Positions 49,667 through 57,815 of a stretch of 64,000 bases of DNA are shown piece by piece. Below the pieces are notes generated by a model, which searched no databases, had not been told where the DNA came from, and saw only the letters and a list, made by a program, of their open reading frames with translations. Position 1 is the first letter of the stretch; each line of letters begins with the position of its first letter. Origin of the DNA: Candidatus Altimarinota bacterium (GTDB lineage Bacteria > Patescibacteriota > Gracilibacteria > UBA1369). The stretch covers positions 1,056,001 to 1,120,000 of the forward strand of contig OY782391.1 in the NCBI GenBank assembly GCA_963677745.1, read 5' to 3'. A program made the translations under genes and the position numbers.

Positions 49667-50800
49667 ATGAGTATCAATAAACTAGAGGAATCAGCAAAAA
49701 ATCCACTCGAACAATTGGTTAATTTCCACTCTCTCAAATTACTGCCGGAAAAATTATCAGAACGTCAGAGGCAATTTGCCCACCTGATTGATCCGCGTTT
49801 CTTTGAGGGAAATCTGAATCCCTCCCGCGAAGGGAAATCAAAAAAAGATTACAGCTATATCACGCCTATTGAGCTCGAAAAAGATTTGTTTTATCTCCAC
49901 CCGCTGATGGATCCCTCCGTACTGGAACAGGGGAATGTGCGGAGGTTTCCCTCGGGTGTGAATGAAAAGTATATCGCGGAAAAATATTTTGAAGACCAAT
50001 GGGTGTCGGAGGGCAACAATCTTCTTTCCCGGAAACTGGAATCTTATATCCTCGCAAATCTGGCTGAACTGGAAAGAAAAGACCGAATCAAACTGGTGGA
50101 TATCGGCCCCTGTGGCGGAGCAATTACCACGCTTTTTGCCTTAAAGGCATTGGAAAAATACGGTCTTCTGGAGAAAGTGGAAGTGTCACTTCTGGATATT
50201 GTTCCAAATGTCCTGGAGGCCACTTTACTGGGAAAATATCATGTTCCCAATGAATTATTGGAGGAGTATGGCCTGGGATATGCCGGAAAGGATGGGGAGA
50301 ATTATAAAAGTTTTCTGTCGGGCGGAGTACTGCACGGGGTGAAGGAATGGTATGAATCGGGTGACAACCCTTTGAGTGAAATGGCTGAAGCTGCCTTGAA
50401 AAAGAGCGGGGAGAATAAAGGAAGTTCAACCGGCAGTCCCGATGTTCACTATTACCGGGGTGATGGGGAAACCTTGCCTCTGGATATCCGGGATTATGAC
50501 ATCGTTTTGTCCGCCTATACCCATCATCACATGAACTTGTACGGCAGAAAATCGCTTTGTTTGCAAATGGAACAGGCGGCTTGCGATGGAGGATTTATTG
50601 GCATAGCAGATTTCTTTGTTCCAAGTTATGAGGACTATCTCGCCTGGTACAAACCGCATTTTGAAAAATACGGGGATGCACCGCCGGTTGAATGTCCATT
50701 GGTGGATGGGCAGACACTGGCATCATGGTTTGAACAGGTAGAAATTTCTGAAATTTCGAATATCGAAAAGAGTTTTGTGTTTGGCGGAGTAAAGAAATAG
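49667..50800 (+). CDS. Class I SAM-dependent methyltransferase
   Basis: LVDIGPCGG, LLDIVP, GDGETLP, YDIVLSAYTHHH and GGFIGIAD. Confidence 0.78.
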   Translation: MSINKLEESAKNPLEQLVNFHSLKLLPEKLSERQRQFAHLIDPRFFEGNLNPSREGKSKKDYSYITPIELEKDLFYLHPLMDPSVLEQGNVRRFPSGVNEKYIAEKYFEDQWVSEGNNLLSRKLESYILANLAELERKDRIKLVDIGPCGGAITTLFALKALEKYGLLEKVEVSLLDIVPNVLEATLLGKYHVPNELLEEYGLGYAGKDGENYKSFLSGGVLHGVKEWYESGDNPLSEMAEAALKKSGENKGSSTGSPDVHYYRGDGETLPLDIRDYDIVLSAYTHHHMNLYGRKSLCLQMEQAACDGGFIGIADFFVPSYEDYLAWYKPHFEKYGDAPPVECPLVDGQTLASWFEQVEISEISNIEKSFVFGGVKK

Positions 50801-50860
50801 TCTAAATCTAAGCTAAGGGATGTTCACATGAGGTGGGCTAGTTTATAACAAAACCAACAG

Positions 50861-50931
50861 TGGTGGAACCGCGGGGAGTCGAACCCCGATTCAACAATTG
50901 TCAAAACCGTGAATGGACCACTCCCGGTCCC
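50861..50931 (-). ncRNA. Minimal tRNA/tmRNA-like RNA with G3:U70 alanine identity
   Basis: GGGACCG/CGGTTCC acceptor stem followed by ACCA, T arm CGGGG-TTCGACT-CCCCG, internal ACGGTTTTGAC; no canonical D or anticodon arm. Confidence 0.7.
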
Positions 50932-51067
50932 ACGCGCTATTGGCGATTTATATAATATTTATTGGCCATTAACTAACCATAAATAAAAGTTAAAATATTC
51001 CTGAGATATTTGAAATAAACAGAAAATTTGGTATATTAACTATGTCAAAACTGTGAATGACCTTCCC

Positions 51068-51096
51068 AAAAGAGCCCGCGCATGCGCGGGCTCTTT
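51068..51096. terminator. Strong hairpin/terminator downstream of the tRNA-Gly element
   Basis: AAAGAGCCCGCG-CATG-CGCGGGCTCTTT. Confidence 0.7.
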
Positions 51097-51118
51097 GTTT
51101 GCTGTTATAAAATCTTGA

Positions 51119-51262
51119 AGCGGGTTAGGGGAATAAACTGCGCTGCGCTCGTTTCGCGGACTGCATTCGCTCGCATCTGAAAATAAATTTTCAATGACTC
51201 GCTTCATATGTCTGCACGAACCCACGCCCGCTTCGCGGGATCGGGTTCTCTTCCCCTTGCCC
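51119..51262 (-). repeat. tRNA-Gly 3'-end duplication bounding a structured mini-element
   Basis: AGCGGGTTAGGGGAAT at 51119-51134 is identical to 51311-51326; nested hairpins lie between the copies. Confidence 0.7.
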
Positions 51263-51307
51263 AGGCACAAATAAAAATATCACGCTCAAAAGAGCCCGAT
51301 ATTTTTA

Positions 51308-51381
51308 TGGAGCGGGTTAGGGGAATCGAACCCCTGTCTTCAGCTTGGAAAGCTGTCATAATACCATTATACTAAACCCGC
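51308..51381 (-). tRNA. tRNA-Gly (TCC)
   Basis: Acceptor GCGGGTT/AACCCGC, anticodon loop TTTCCAA, T loop TTCGATT, encoded CCA. Confidence 0.95.
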
Positions 51382-51470
51382 CTGATTGTACTGATTGGAA
51401 AACAAAAACTTCGATCCGTGAAAATTTTCTTTGCCAGCTGATTCTAGCCAAAAAGCCGGCAGCTTTCAAC

Positions 51471-52493
51471 TTATTTTTTGCTGATCAGGTAGCAGTTGTG
51501 GATCTGGTTGGGCTCGGCAAACCATTTGGGATTGATGGTGTCGATCCAGAAATCCAGCGGAATTGTTTCATTCTGGATGTCCTGAATCCGGAAAGTCTGC
51601 TTGAGTCCGGTACTCAGCATAAAATCCTGGCAGTTATTGGAAAACAGTATCTGTCCGCCGTCTTTCAACAGTGTGGCGGCTGTTGCGATCAATCTATCCT
51701 GATCCCGCTGTACCGAAAAATTTTCGGTTTTGTTACGCGAGAAAGTGGGAGGATCGATAATGATCAGATCAAACAGTAAACTTTTGCGCGCCGCATAGCG
51801 GAAAAATTCGAAAGTGTCCATGCGGTAAATCCAGTTTTTGTCCTCCGGGAAACCGTTGAGCGTCAGGTTGCGGCGCGCCCAGTCACAATAGGTCTTGGAC
51901 AGGTCCACCGTATGAGTCATGGCGGCCCCTCCGGCGGCTGCATACACCGAAAACGATCCGGTATAGGCAAACAGATTTAGCACAGTCAAATCTTTGGCCA
52001 TTCTTTCCACCCTTCTCCTGGTTTCCCGATGATCCAGAAAAATTCCGCTGTCCAGATAATTGTTCAGATTGACAATGAATTTATGTCCAAATTCCTGAAT
52101 TATAAATTCCACCGGCTCTTCCTCCGGCTTTCCTCCGCTGTCCGGAGTTTCTTTTAGTTTGAAGCGCTTCTTTTCATAAAAGCCTTCCAGCGCAAAATCT
52201 TCCGTCAATATTGTCTTCAATCCCTCCAGCAGACCGCGCTCCAGTTCCTCCTGATAAATTTGCAGCACCGCTTTTCCGCCCGCAATATGGGCCGAGTCAC
52301 CCGACCCCTCTACTATCGCACCATAAACATCTACGGCCACCGGTATATCCAAGTCTTCTTTACTGGCCAGACGAAACGCTTCCAGTTTGTTGCCCGCCAC
52401 ATAGGCCCGGCGTCTCTTCCAGGACTCCTGCAGATTATGGCGCAGTCCGGAGTCGGGTCGGGAAAAAGTGTCATTTTTACCTGATTTAATCAT
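51471..52493 (-). CDS. 23S rRNA methyltransferase, RlmK/RlmI-like stand-alone domain
   Basis: YLDSGIFLDHRETR, LNLFAYTGSFSV, DLSKTY and IDPPTFS. Confidence 0.85.
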   Translation of the reverse strand: MIKSGKNDTFSRPDSGLRHNLQESWKRRRAYVAGNKLEAFRLASKEDLDIPVAVDVYGAIVEGSGDSAHIAGGKAVLQIYQEELERGLLEGLKTILTEDFALEGFYEKKRFKLKETPDSGGKPEEEPVEFIIQEFGHKFIVNLNNYLDSGIFLDHRETRRRVERMAKDLTVLNLFAYTGSFSVYAAAGGAAMTHTVDLSKTYCDWARRNLTLNGFPEDKNWIYRMDTFEFFRYAARKSLLFDLIIIDPPTFSRNKTENFSVQRDQDRLIATAATLLKDGGQILFSNNCQDFMLSTGLKQTFRIQDIQNETIPLDFWIDTINPKWFAEPNQIHNCYLISKK

Positions 52494-52512
52494 GGTAATT
52501 TGGTCATATCAA

Positions 52513-52827
52513 TTAGGGGAATTTAAATTTCGGCAAAATTTTCTTGAAAAACTCACCGTGTTTATAAACCCTGTCACAACCGGCTGCCCTGGCCGCCTTC
52601 AATTTATTTTCATCATCGGCGGAACCAAAAGCCAGACATTTGTGGGCCTGGCTTTTGAGCACCAGCATTGCCATCGGATCGTCCAGATCCACCATCAGCA
52701 GATCAAACCCCGAAGAGTCAAAGATCGGACTGCTGATGATTGTAACCTGATGTCCCAGCTCCTCCAGTTCATCGAAAATTCGCGTCTTGGTGATTACGTC
52801 TTTACTGAGTAAACCGATTTGTGCCAT
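52513..52827 (-). CDS. Stand-alone receiver-like domain protein
   Basis: FDLLMVDL and AARAAGCDRV in a CheY-like pattern. Confidence 0.6.
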   Translation of the reverse strand: MAQIGLLSKDVITKTRIFDELEELGHQVTIISSPIFDSSGFDLLMVDLDDPMAMLVLKSQAHKCLAFGSADDENKLKAARAAGCDRVYKHGEFFKKILPKFKFP

Positions 52828-52909
52828 TTCTTGGATTTATTAATTGATTAAAAACCGCGCTGTGTCGTGTTCTTTTCCGTATATTGTAACATTTTAGTTC
52901 TGCGTACCT

Positions 52910-53716
52910 TTATTGCGTTACCTGTGGCAAATTGATAATCGGAGTGCCGCCGCCTGTATACAGAGGGAGTACGCCGTTCCATTTCTCCACCATTTTCAGT
53001 TGGACCAGTCCAGCGTTTTCCCTAAGGGCTTCACCCTGGATGCGGATGGATTCGGCATCGGCCTTGGCGGTCTCAATCTGCTGTTTGGCTTCAATTTCAA
53101 TTCTCCTCAAATCATTCTCGGCCTTCAAAGCATTTTGTACGGCTGTCTGTTTGGATTCAATTGACCGGTTAAATTCCTCGGAAAAACTGAAGTTCACGAT
53201 CGACACGTCATCCACCATGATATTATAGGGTTTAAGCCTTTCTTCCAGAGCTTTCCGGATGGCCTCCTTGACTATTGAACGCTTGGTAATAAGTTCTTCC
53301 GCAGTATATTGGGCAGTGGCCGCCTTGACGCTTTCCTGGATGGCCGGGCTGATGATACGGGCGGAATATTCCAGACCCACCTGCTGGTAGATTTTATCGA
53401 CGGCCAGTGGATCAGCGTGATAGTTCAAAGCCACGGTACCTTCAATTGACTGCAAATCCTTGGAAGCGGCATCAACTGTATCTTCGGACTTCTGTGTCTG
53501 GACATCCATTACCACCACATTATTGACAATCGGCAGCTGGAAATGCAGGCCGGGTTCGTAAACCCCCTGAACCGTTCCCAGTTGCAGGAGGATGCCTCTT
53601 TCACCCGGGTTAATTACGGTGAAAAAGCTGAAAATATTGACCAAAATGATCAGGACAAGCAAACCTCCCAATATTTTTAGGGCCAGCTTGATAAACTCTC
53701 CAAATGTAAATTTCAT
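52910..53716 (-). CDS. Prohibitin/SPFH family protein
   Basis: PGERG, PGLHF, SKDLQ, AEELITKR and IESKQTA. Confidence 0.92.
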   Translation of the reverse strand: MKFTFGEFIKLALKILGGLLVLIILVNIFSFFTVINPGERGILLQLGTVQGVYEPGLHFQLPIVNNVVVMDVQTQKSEDTVDAASKDLQSIEGTVALNYHADPLAVDKIYQQVGLEYSARIISPAIQESVKAATAQYTAEELITKRSIVKEAIRKALEERLKPYNIMVDDVSIVNFSFSEEFNRSIESKQTAVQNALKAENDLRRIEIEAKQQIETAKADAESIRIQGEALRENAGLVQLKMVEKWNGVLPLYTGGGTPIINLPQVTQ

Positions 53717-53766
53717 GTTAAATGATTTTATGAATTATAAATTTTCAATTTGAATTAACAATGATT

Positions 53767-56424
53767 TTATCCCGGATTATTGACCTGCTCCGGTTGAGGG
53801 GGGATTTCAGGCAGTGTATCAACCTGAGGTAAATCAGGCGGGGATCCTGCATCGGTCGGAGACAAAGGCGCGGGAACCGAGTCGGGTACTGCCGGAGCCG
53901 GAGGTGTTTCGGCACCCGTGTTGATGGGTCTTTCGGGAGAGGCGGCTGCATTCTTGGCATCCTCGGCCGCTTTTTTGGCGGCATCATCTTTGGCTTGCTG
54001 CTCCTCGGATTTGCAGAGCAGAGGGTCCTTGGTTCGTTCTTCTTCCGTACAATCTTTACGTATCAGTGGTCTGAATCGGGAATCATAATTCTTCTTTTTA
54101 TCCCAGTTGGGCGGATAAAATTCCTTGCCAACCTGTGTGATGCTTTCCGGTTTTGTATATTCCACCAGCGGTTTATCCTTGAGTGTCATTTCCAGAAAAG
54201 CTTTATTGATTGGCGCTGCGGTGAATTCCCCCCAGGCCATCAGGGATACCTGTTTGCCGTCGGCGTTGCCGACCCAGGTGGCGGACAGAATAGTGGGGGT
54301 ATAACCGAGTGTCACCAGATTGTTAGGATAATTGGTGCGTCCGATTTTTTTATTGGAAGTACCTGTTTTACAGGCCAGATTTTGTCCCGGGATGGTTAGT
54401 ACGTTTCTCCAGGAGCCGGCCGGACGGGCGTAGATGTCGGAAAGTATTGAGTTAATTATGAAAGCGGTCTCAGGTCTCATTACCTGCTTGCCCTTGTCCT
54501 CATATTTTTCCAGGACATTCCCGTAACGGTCCCGGATTTCCAGAATCGGATTAACCGGATTGAATTTTCCGTCATTGGCAAAAGAAGCGTACGCGCCGGC
54601 CAGATCCAGCAGTCTGACTTCTCCGCTGCCGATGGCCATGGCCGGACCGTAACTAAAATCCCATTTGCGGTTGGGATTGCTGTTGTAGGCGTCTTTATAT
54701 TCTCTCAGCGACGTCACCCCCACTTTATCCAGGAAATCCAGCAGGCTCTGCTCTTCGCCTCCCACATACCAGGCTTTGATGGCGGGAATGTTTCTGGACT
54801 GGGCGATTGCCTGTCTGATTGTCATGCGGCCTTTGAACTGATTGTCGGAATTATTGGGGATATAGTTGTCTCCGAATTTGGTTTTGTAATCTCCCAGAAC
54901 GGTACCGGATCCGATTCCGGCATTCTCGATGGCATTGGCATAAACCAAAGGTTTGAAAGAAGACCCCGGCTGTCTGAGACTGGTGGTAATGTTAACCTGT
55001 CCGTCGATCGCTTCATCCCAATAATTCACCGAACCGACCATGGTCAGTATGCCTCCTGTCTTTGGATCTATTGAAACCTGGGCGGCATTGGTAGCTCCAT
55101 AACGTTTGATGTTCTGGTCATAACGCTCGGCAATGATTTTTTCCGCATTGGATTGAAGTACCGGATCCAGAGTGGTGATCACGTCCAGCCCTCCGCTTTC
55201 CACCATTTCCTTGCCGTATTTTTTCTCCAGGTAATCTTTTACGTAAAAAACAAAGTGAGGCGATACAATGGTTTGTTTGAGATCCTGGAATTTAATATCA
55301 AATCCTTCCCTCCACGCCTGCACCAGTTCATCATGGGTTATTTTCCCGTCCTCCTGCATTCTCTGCAGCACCAGATCCTTACGGCCCCAGACATAATTTG
55401 TATCGTCGGGGGAGTCGCAATTTTCTACTTTGCAATACCCCATCAACTCTTTGCGGTTGGACCCGTACGGAGAAAACTTGGAAGGGGCCTTGGGCAGGGA
55501 CGCCAGTATGCTGGCCTCGGCCAGAGTCATTTCCTTGGAAGGTTTGCCGAAGAAAGTTTTGGAGGCCGCCTCAATTCCAAAGGCGTTGGAACCATAGGGG
55601 ATTTTGTTAAAATACATTTCCAGAATTTCGTCCTTGGTGTAGTACCACTCTATTTCTACGGCCAGAATCAGTTCCTTGATTTTACGGTCAAAAGATTGTT
55701 CCGGTGACAGATAGAGATTTTTTGCCAGCTGTTGCGTGATGGTGGAAGCCCCCTGCACCGAATTTTCATCATTCATGTTGTTCAGCTGGGCGCGAATGAT
55801 GGCTGCCGGATCAAATCCCAGATGGTTGTAGAAAAATTTGTCCTCGATCGAAATGGTGGCGTCTATAACTTTCTGATTGATTTCTTTAAGCGGCACGTAA
55901 GTGCGGTTCTCGTCCCCGAAAATTTTATAAAGTATATTTCCGTCCCGATCGTAAATTGTGGTGGTTTCGGCAAAATTGGCCGATTTGAGCTGCCGCACAT
56001 CAGGCAGGTCGTGTCCCCAGATCATATAAATTGTAAACAGTCCCAAAATAAAAATCAGCACCAGCACCGCCACGGTAATCAGAAGCCAGCGGATCGAAGC
56101 AATAACACCTCCCACCCGGCCGGCGATTTCCCTGGAGTATCTTCTGATTTTACTGACGGGTTTTTTGGCCGGAGACAAATCTTCAGTGGTCGCCGTCCCG
56201 ATTACCTTTACCGGCTTGAAAAAACCGCCCACCTTCCCGACCTGTTCCAGCAGTTTGAATTTTTTCACCTCCTTTTTTTGTTTTTTTTGCCGCTGTTCAT
56301 TGTCTTCTATCTCTTTGCGGCGTGCCTCCTTTTGGGCTTCCAGTTGCATCCTGCGGCGTGCCGATTTGTTCATTTTCGGTTTCTTTTTATCTGCCCCCGG
56401 ATTTTTCTGTTTTTTTTCAGTCAT
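53767..56424 (-). CDS. Class A penicillin-binding protein (PBP1A family)
   Basis: Transglycosylase EDKFFYNHLG, GASTITQQLAKN and RKIKE; transpeptidase SSFK, SRN and KTGT. Confidence 0.95.
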   Translation of the reverse strand: MTEKKQKNPGADKKKPKMNKSARRRMQLEAQKEARRKEIEDNEQRQKKQKKEVKKFKLLEQVGKVGGFFKPVKVIGTATTEDLSPAKKPVSKIRRYSREIAGRVGGVIASIRWLLITVAVLVLIFILGLFTIYMIWGHDLPDVRQLKSANFAETTTIYDRDGNILYKIFGDENRTYVPLKEINQKVIDATISIEDKFFYNHLGFDPAAIIRAQLNNMNDENSVQGASTITQQLAKNLYLSPEQSFDRKIKELILAVEIEWYYTKDEILEMYFNKIPYGSNAFGIEAASKTFFGKPSKEMTLAEASILASLPKAPSKFSPYGSNRKELMGYCKVENCDSPDDTNYVWGRKDLVLQRMQEDGKITHDELVQAWREGFDIKFQDLKQTIVSPHFVFYVKDYLEKKYGKEMVESGGLDVITTLDPVLQSNAEKIIAERYDQNIKRYGATNAAQVSIDPKTGGILTMVGSVNYWDEAIDGQVNITTSLRQPGSSFKPLVYANAIENAGIGSGTVLGDYKTKFGDNYIPNNSDNQFKGRMTIRQAIAQSRNIPAIKAWYVGGEEQSLLDFLDKVGVTSLREYKDAYNSNPNRKWDFSYGPAMAIGSGEVRLLDLAGAYASFANDGKFNPVNPILEIRDRYGNVLEKYEDKGKQVMRPETAFIINSILSDIYARPAGSWRNVLTIPGQNLACKTGTSNKKIGRTNYPNNLVTLGYTPTILSATWVGNADGKQVSLMAWGEFTAAPINKAFLEMTLKDKPLVEYTKPESITQVGKEFYPPNWDKKKNYDSRFRPLIRKDCTEEERTKDPLLCKSEEQQAKDDAAKKAAEDAKNAAASPERPINTGAETPPAPAVPDSVPAPLSPTDAGSPPDLPQVDTLPEIPPQPEQVNNPG

Positions 56425-56495
56425 CAAATCAATCAAAAAAATGTCATTAAACTAATAACACAAGCGGCATTTGGCGTGAAATGAAAAACAAATTA

Positions 56496-56523
56496 AAAAG
56501 CCCTTTTATTGAATTAGGGCTTT
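56496..56523 (-). terminator. Intrinsic terminator of the basic peptide gene
   Basis: AAAAGCCCT...AGGGCTTT hairpin. Confidence 0.55.
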
Positions 56524-56549
56524 CTAAAAAAATAATTTATGATAATAAA

Positions 56550-56651
56550 TTATTTCTTCTTTTTCTTTGCTACCTTTTTTACAGCCTTCTTTACAACCTT
56601 TTTGGTCGCTTTTTTAGCTGGTTTCTTGGCAGCCTTTTTTTTCGTAGCCAT
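56550..56651 (-). CDS. 33-aa Lys/Ala-rich histone-H1-like peptide
   Basis: Manual translation MATKKKAAKKPAKKATKKVVKKAVKKVAKKKKK, followed by a terminator. Confidence 0.75.
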   Translation of the reverse strand: MATKKKAAKKPAKKATKKVVKKAVKKVAKKKKK

Positions 56652-56797
56652 GTTTCTTTTTGCTTTAAAGAATGAAATTGTTTTTTGGTATTCCAAAAAC
56701 AAAATTACTATAACAAATCTTTTATTAAAATAGCAATATAATAAGCTGTCTTTTTCTTGGCATCTGTTTAAAATTTATTCAAATTTAAAAAAACAAT

Positions 56798-57316
56798 TTG
56801 GCCGAATTAACTGTTTATACCGATGGAAGTTGTCTGGGAAATCCCGGTCCGGGAGGCTGGGCTTTTATGCTTGTGGAAGACGAAAAACACCCCTCCGAAA
56901 AAGTCGTAGTCAGCCAGTCCGGCTATGTTTTTCATACCACCAATAACCGTATGGAAATGACTGCGTTTTTAATGGCGCTGAAATTTCTCGCGCAAAAATT
57001 CCCTGGCGCGCTTGTGGAAATAAATGCTGATTCCAATTTATTGGTACAGACTATTAACGAAGGGTGGAAGCGAAAAGCCAACCCGGACCTGTGGGTTGAA
57101 ATAGATCGCTATCTTTCCAAAATCAATTTTAAATTATTTTGGGTGAAAGCTCACGCGGACAATCACTACAATAACAGATGTGACGAATTAGCATTGCAGG
57201 AAGCCCAGAAAGCCAAACAGATGGTTTTGAAAAATCCCACTCTTTCTCCCGCCGAGTCGTCACCGCAGCAAAAAAAAACTGAAGAAAAAATCGATAATCA
57301 GTCTTCACTTTTTTAA
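56798..57316 (+). CDS. rnhA: Ribonuclease HI
   Basis: YTDGSCLGNPGPGGW, TTNNRMEM, DS, WVKAH and NNRCDELA; TTG start. Confidence 0.95.
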   Translation: MAELTVYTDGSCLGNPGPGGWAFMLVEDEKHPSEKVVVSQSGYVFHTTNNRMEMTAFLMALKFLAQKFPGALVEINADSNLLVQTINEGWKRKANPDLWVEIDRYLSKINFKLFWVKAHADNHYNNRCDELALQEAQKAKQMVLKNPTLSPAESSPQQKKTEEKIDNQSSLF

Positions 57317-57344
57317 AACTTCGAGAAAATTTAAACAGAAAAAT

Positions 57345-57378
57345 AAAAAAAACTGCTCCCGGTGATGCAGTTTTTTTT
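57345..57378. terminator. Bidirectional terminator between rnhA and trxA
   Basis: AAAAAAAACTGC...GCAGTTTTTTTT. Confidence 0.7.
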
Positions 57379-57407
57379 GTGTGAAAATTATCCGGAAAAG
57401 ATTTCCT

Positions 57408-57728
57408 TTATTCCAGCAGCTTGTCCAGCATCTTTTTTAGCACCTCCTCACTCTTGAACCCCATGTCCCGGTGCACCGCTTTTCCATCCTTGAAAAAAAT
57501 CAGCGTGGGAATGCTTTGTACCATGTACTCGGCGCTTTTCTGTTCATTGGCGTCAACGTCCAGTTTCCCGATTAGAAATTTCCCCTCATATTCGGCGGCC
57601 AGTTTGTCGATGACCGGTGCCATCATTTTGCATGGGCCGCACCACTCGGCATAAAAATCCACCAGTACCGGAATTTTTGACTGCAATACTTCGCGGTCAA
57701 AATCGGCGTCGTTAAAATGTTTTGCCAT
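57408..57728 (-). CDS. trxA: Thioredoxin
   Basis: WCGPC and SIPT. Confidence 0.97.
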   Translation of the reverse strand: MAKHFNDADFDREVLQSKIPVLVDFYAEWCGPCKMMAPVIDKLAAEYEGKFLIGKLDVDANEQKSAEYMVQSIPTLIFFKDGKAVHRDMGFKSEEVLKKMLDKLLE

Positions 57729-57815
57729 GTAGAAAAAGTTTAATGATAAATTGCATAGTTCATTCTATCATAAAAAAAACACCCAACCCAAAAAAAACTT
57801 GCCGTTCGCCGGTTT

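Noticed and set aside
50800-50931. Permuted two-piece tmRNA, or a normal tRNA-Ser/Val
   Set aside because: No second acceptor strand or tag ORF follows the CCA, and no canonical D stem or 5-bp/7-nt anticodon arm can be drawn.
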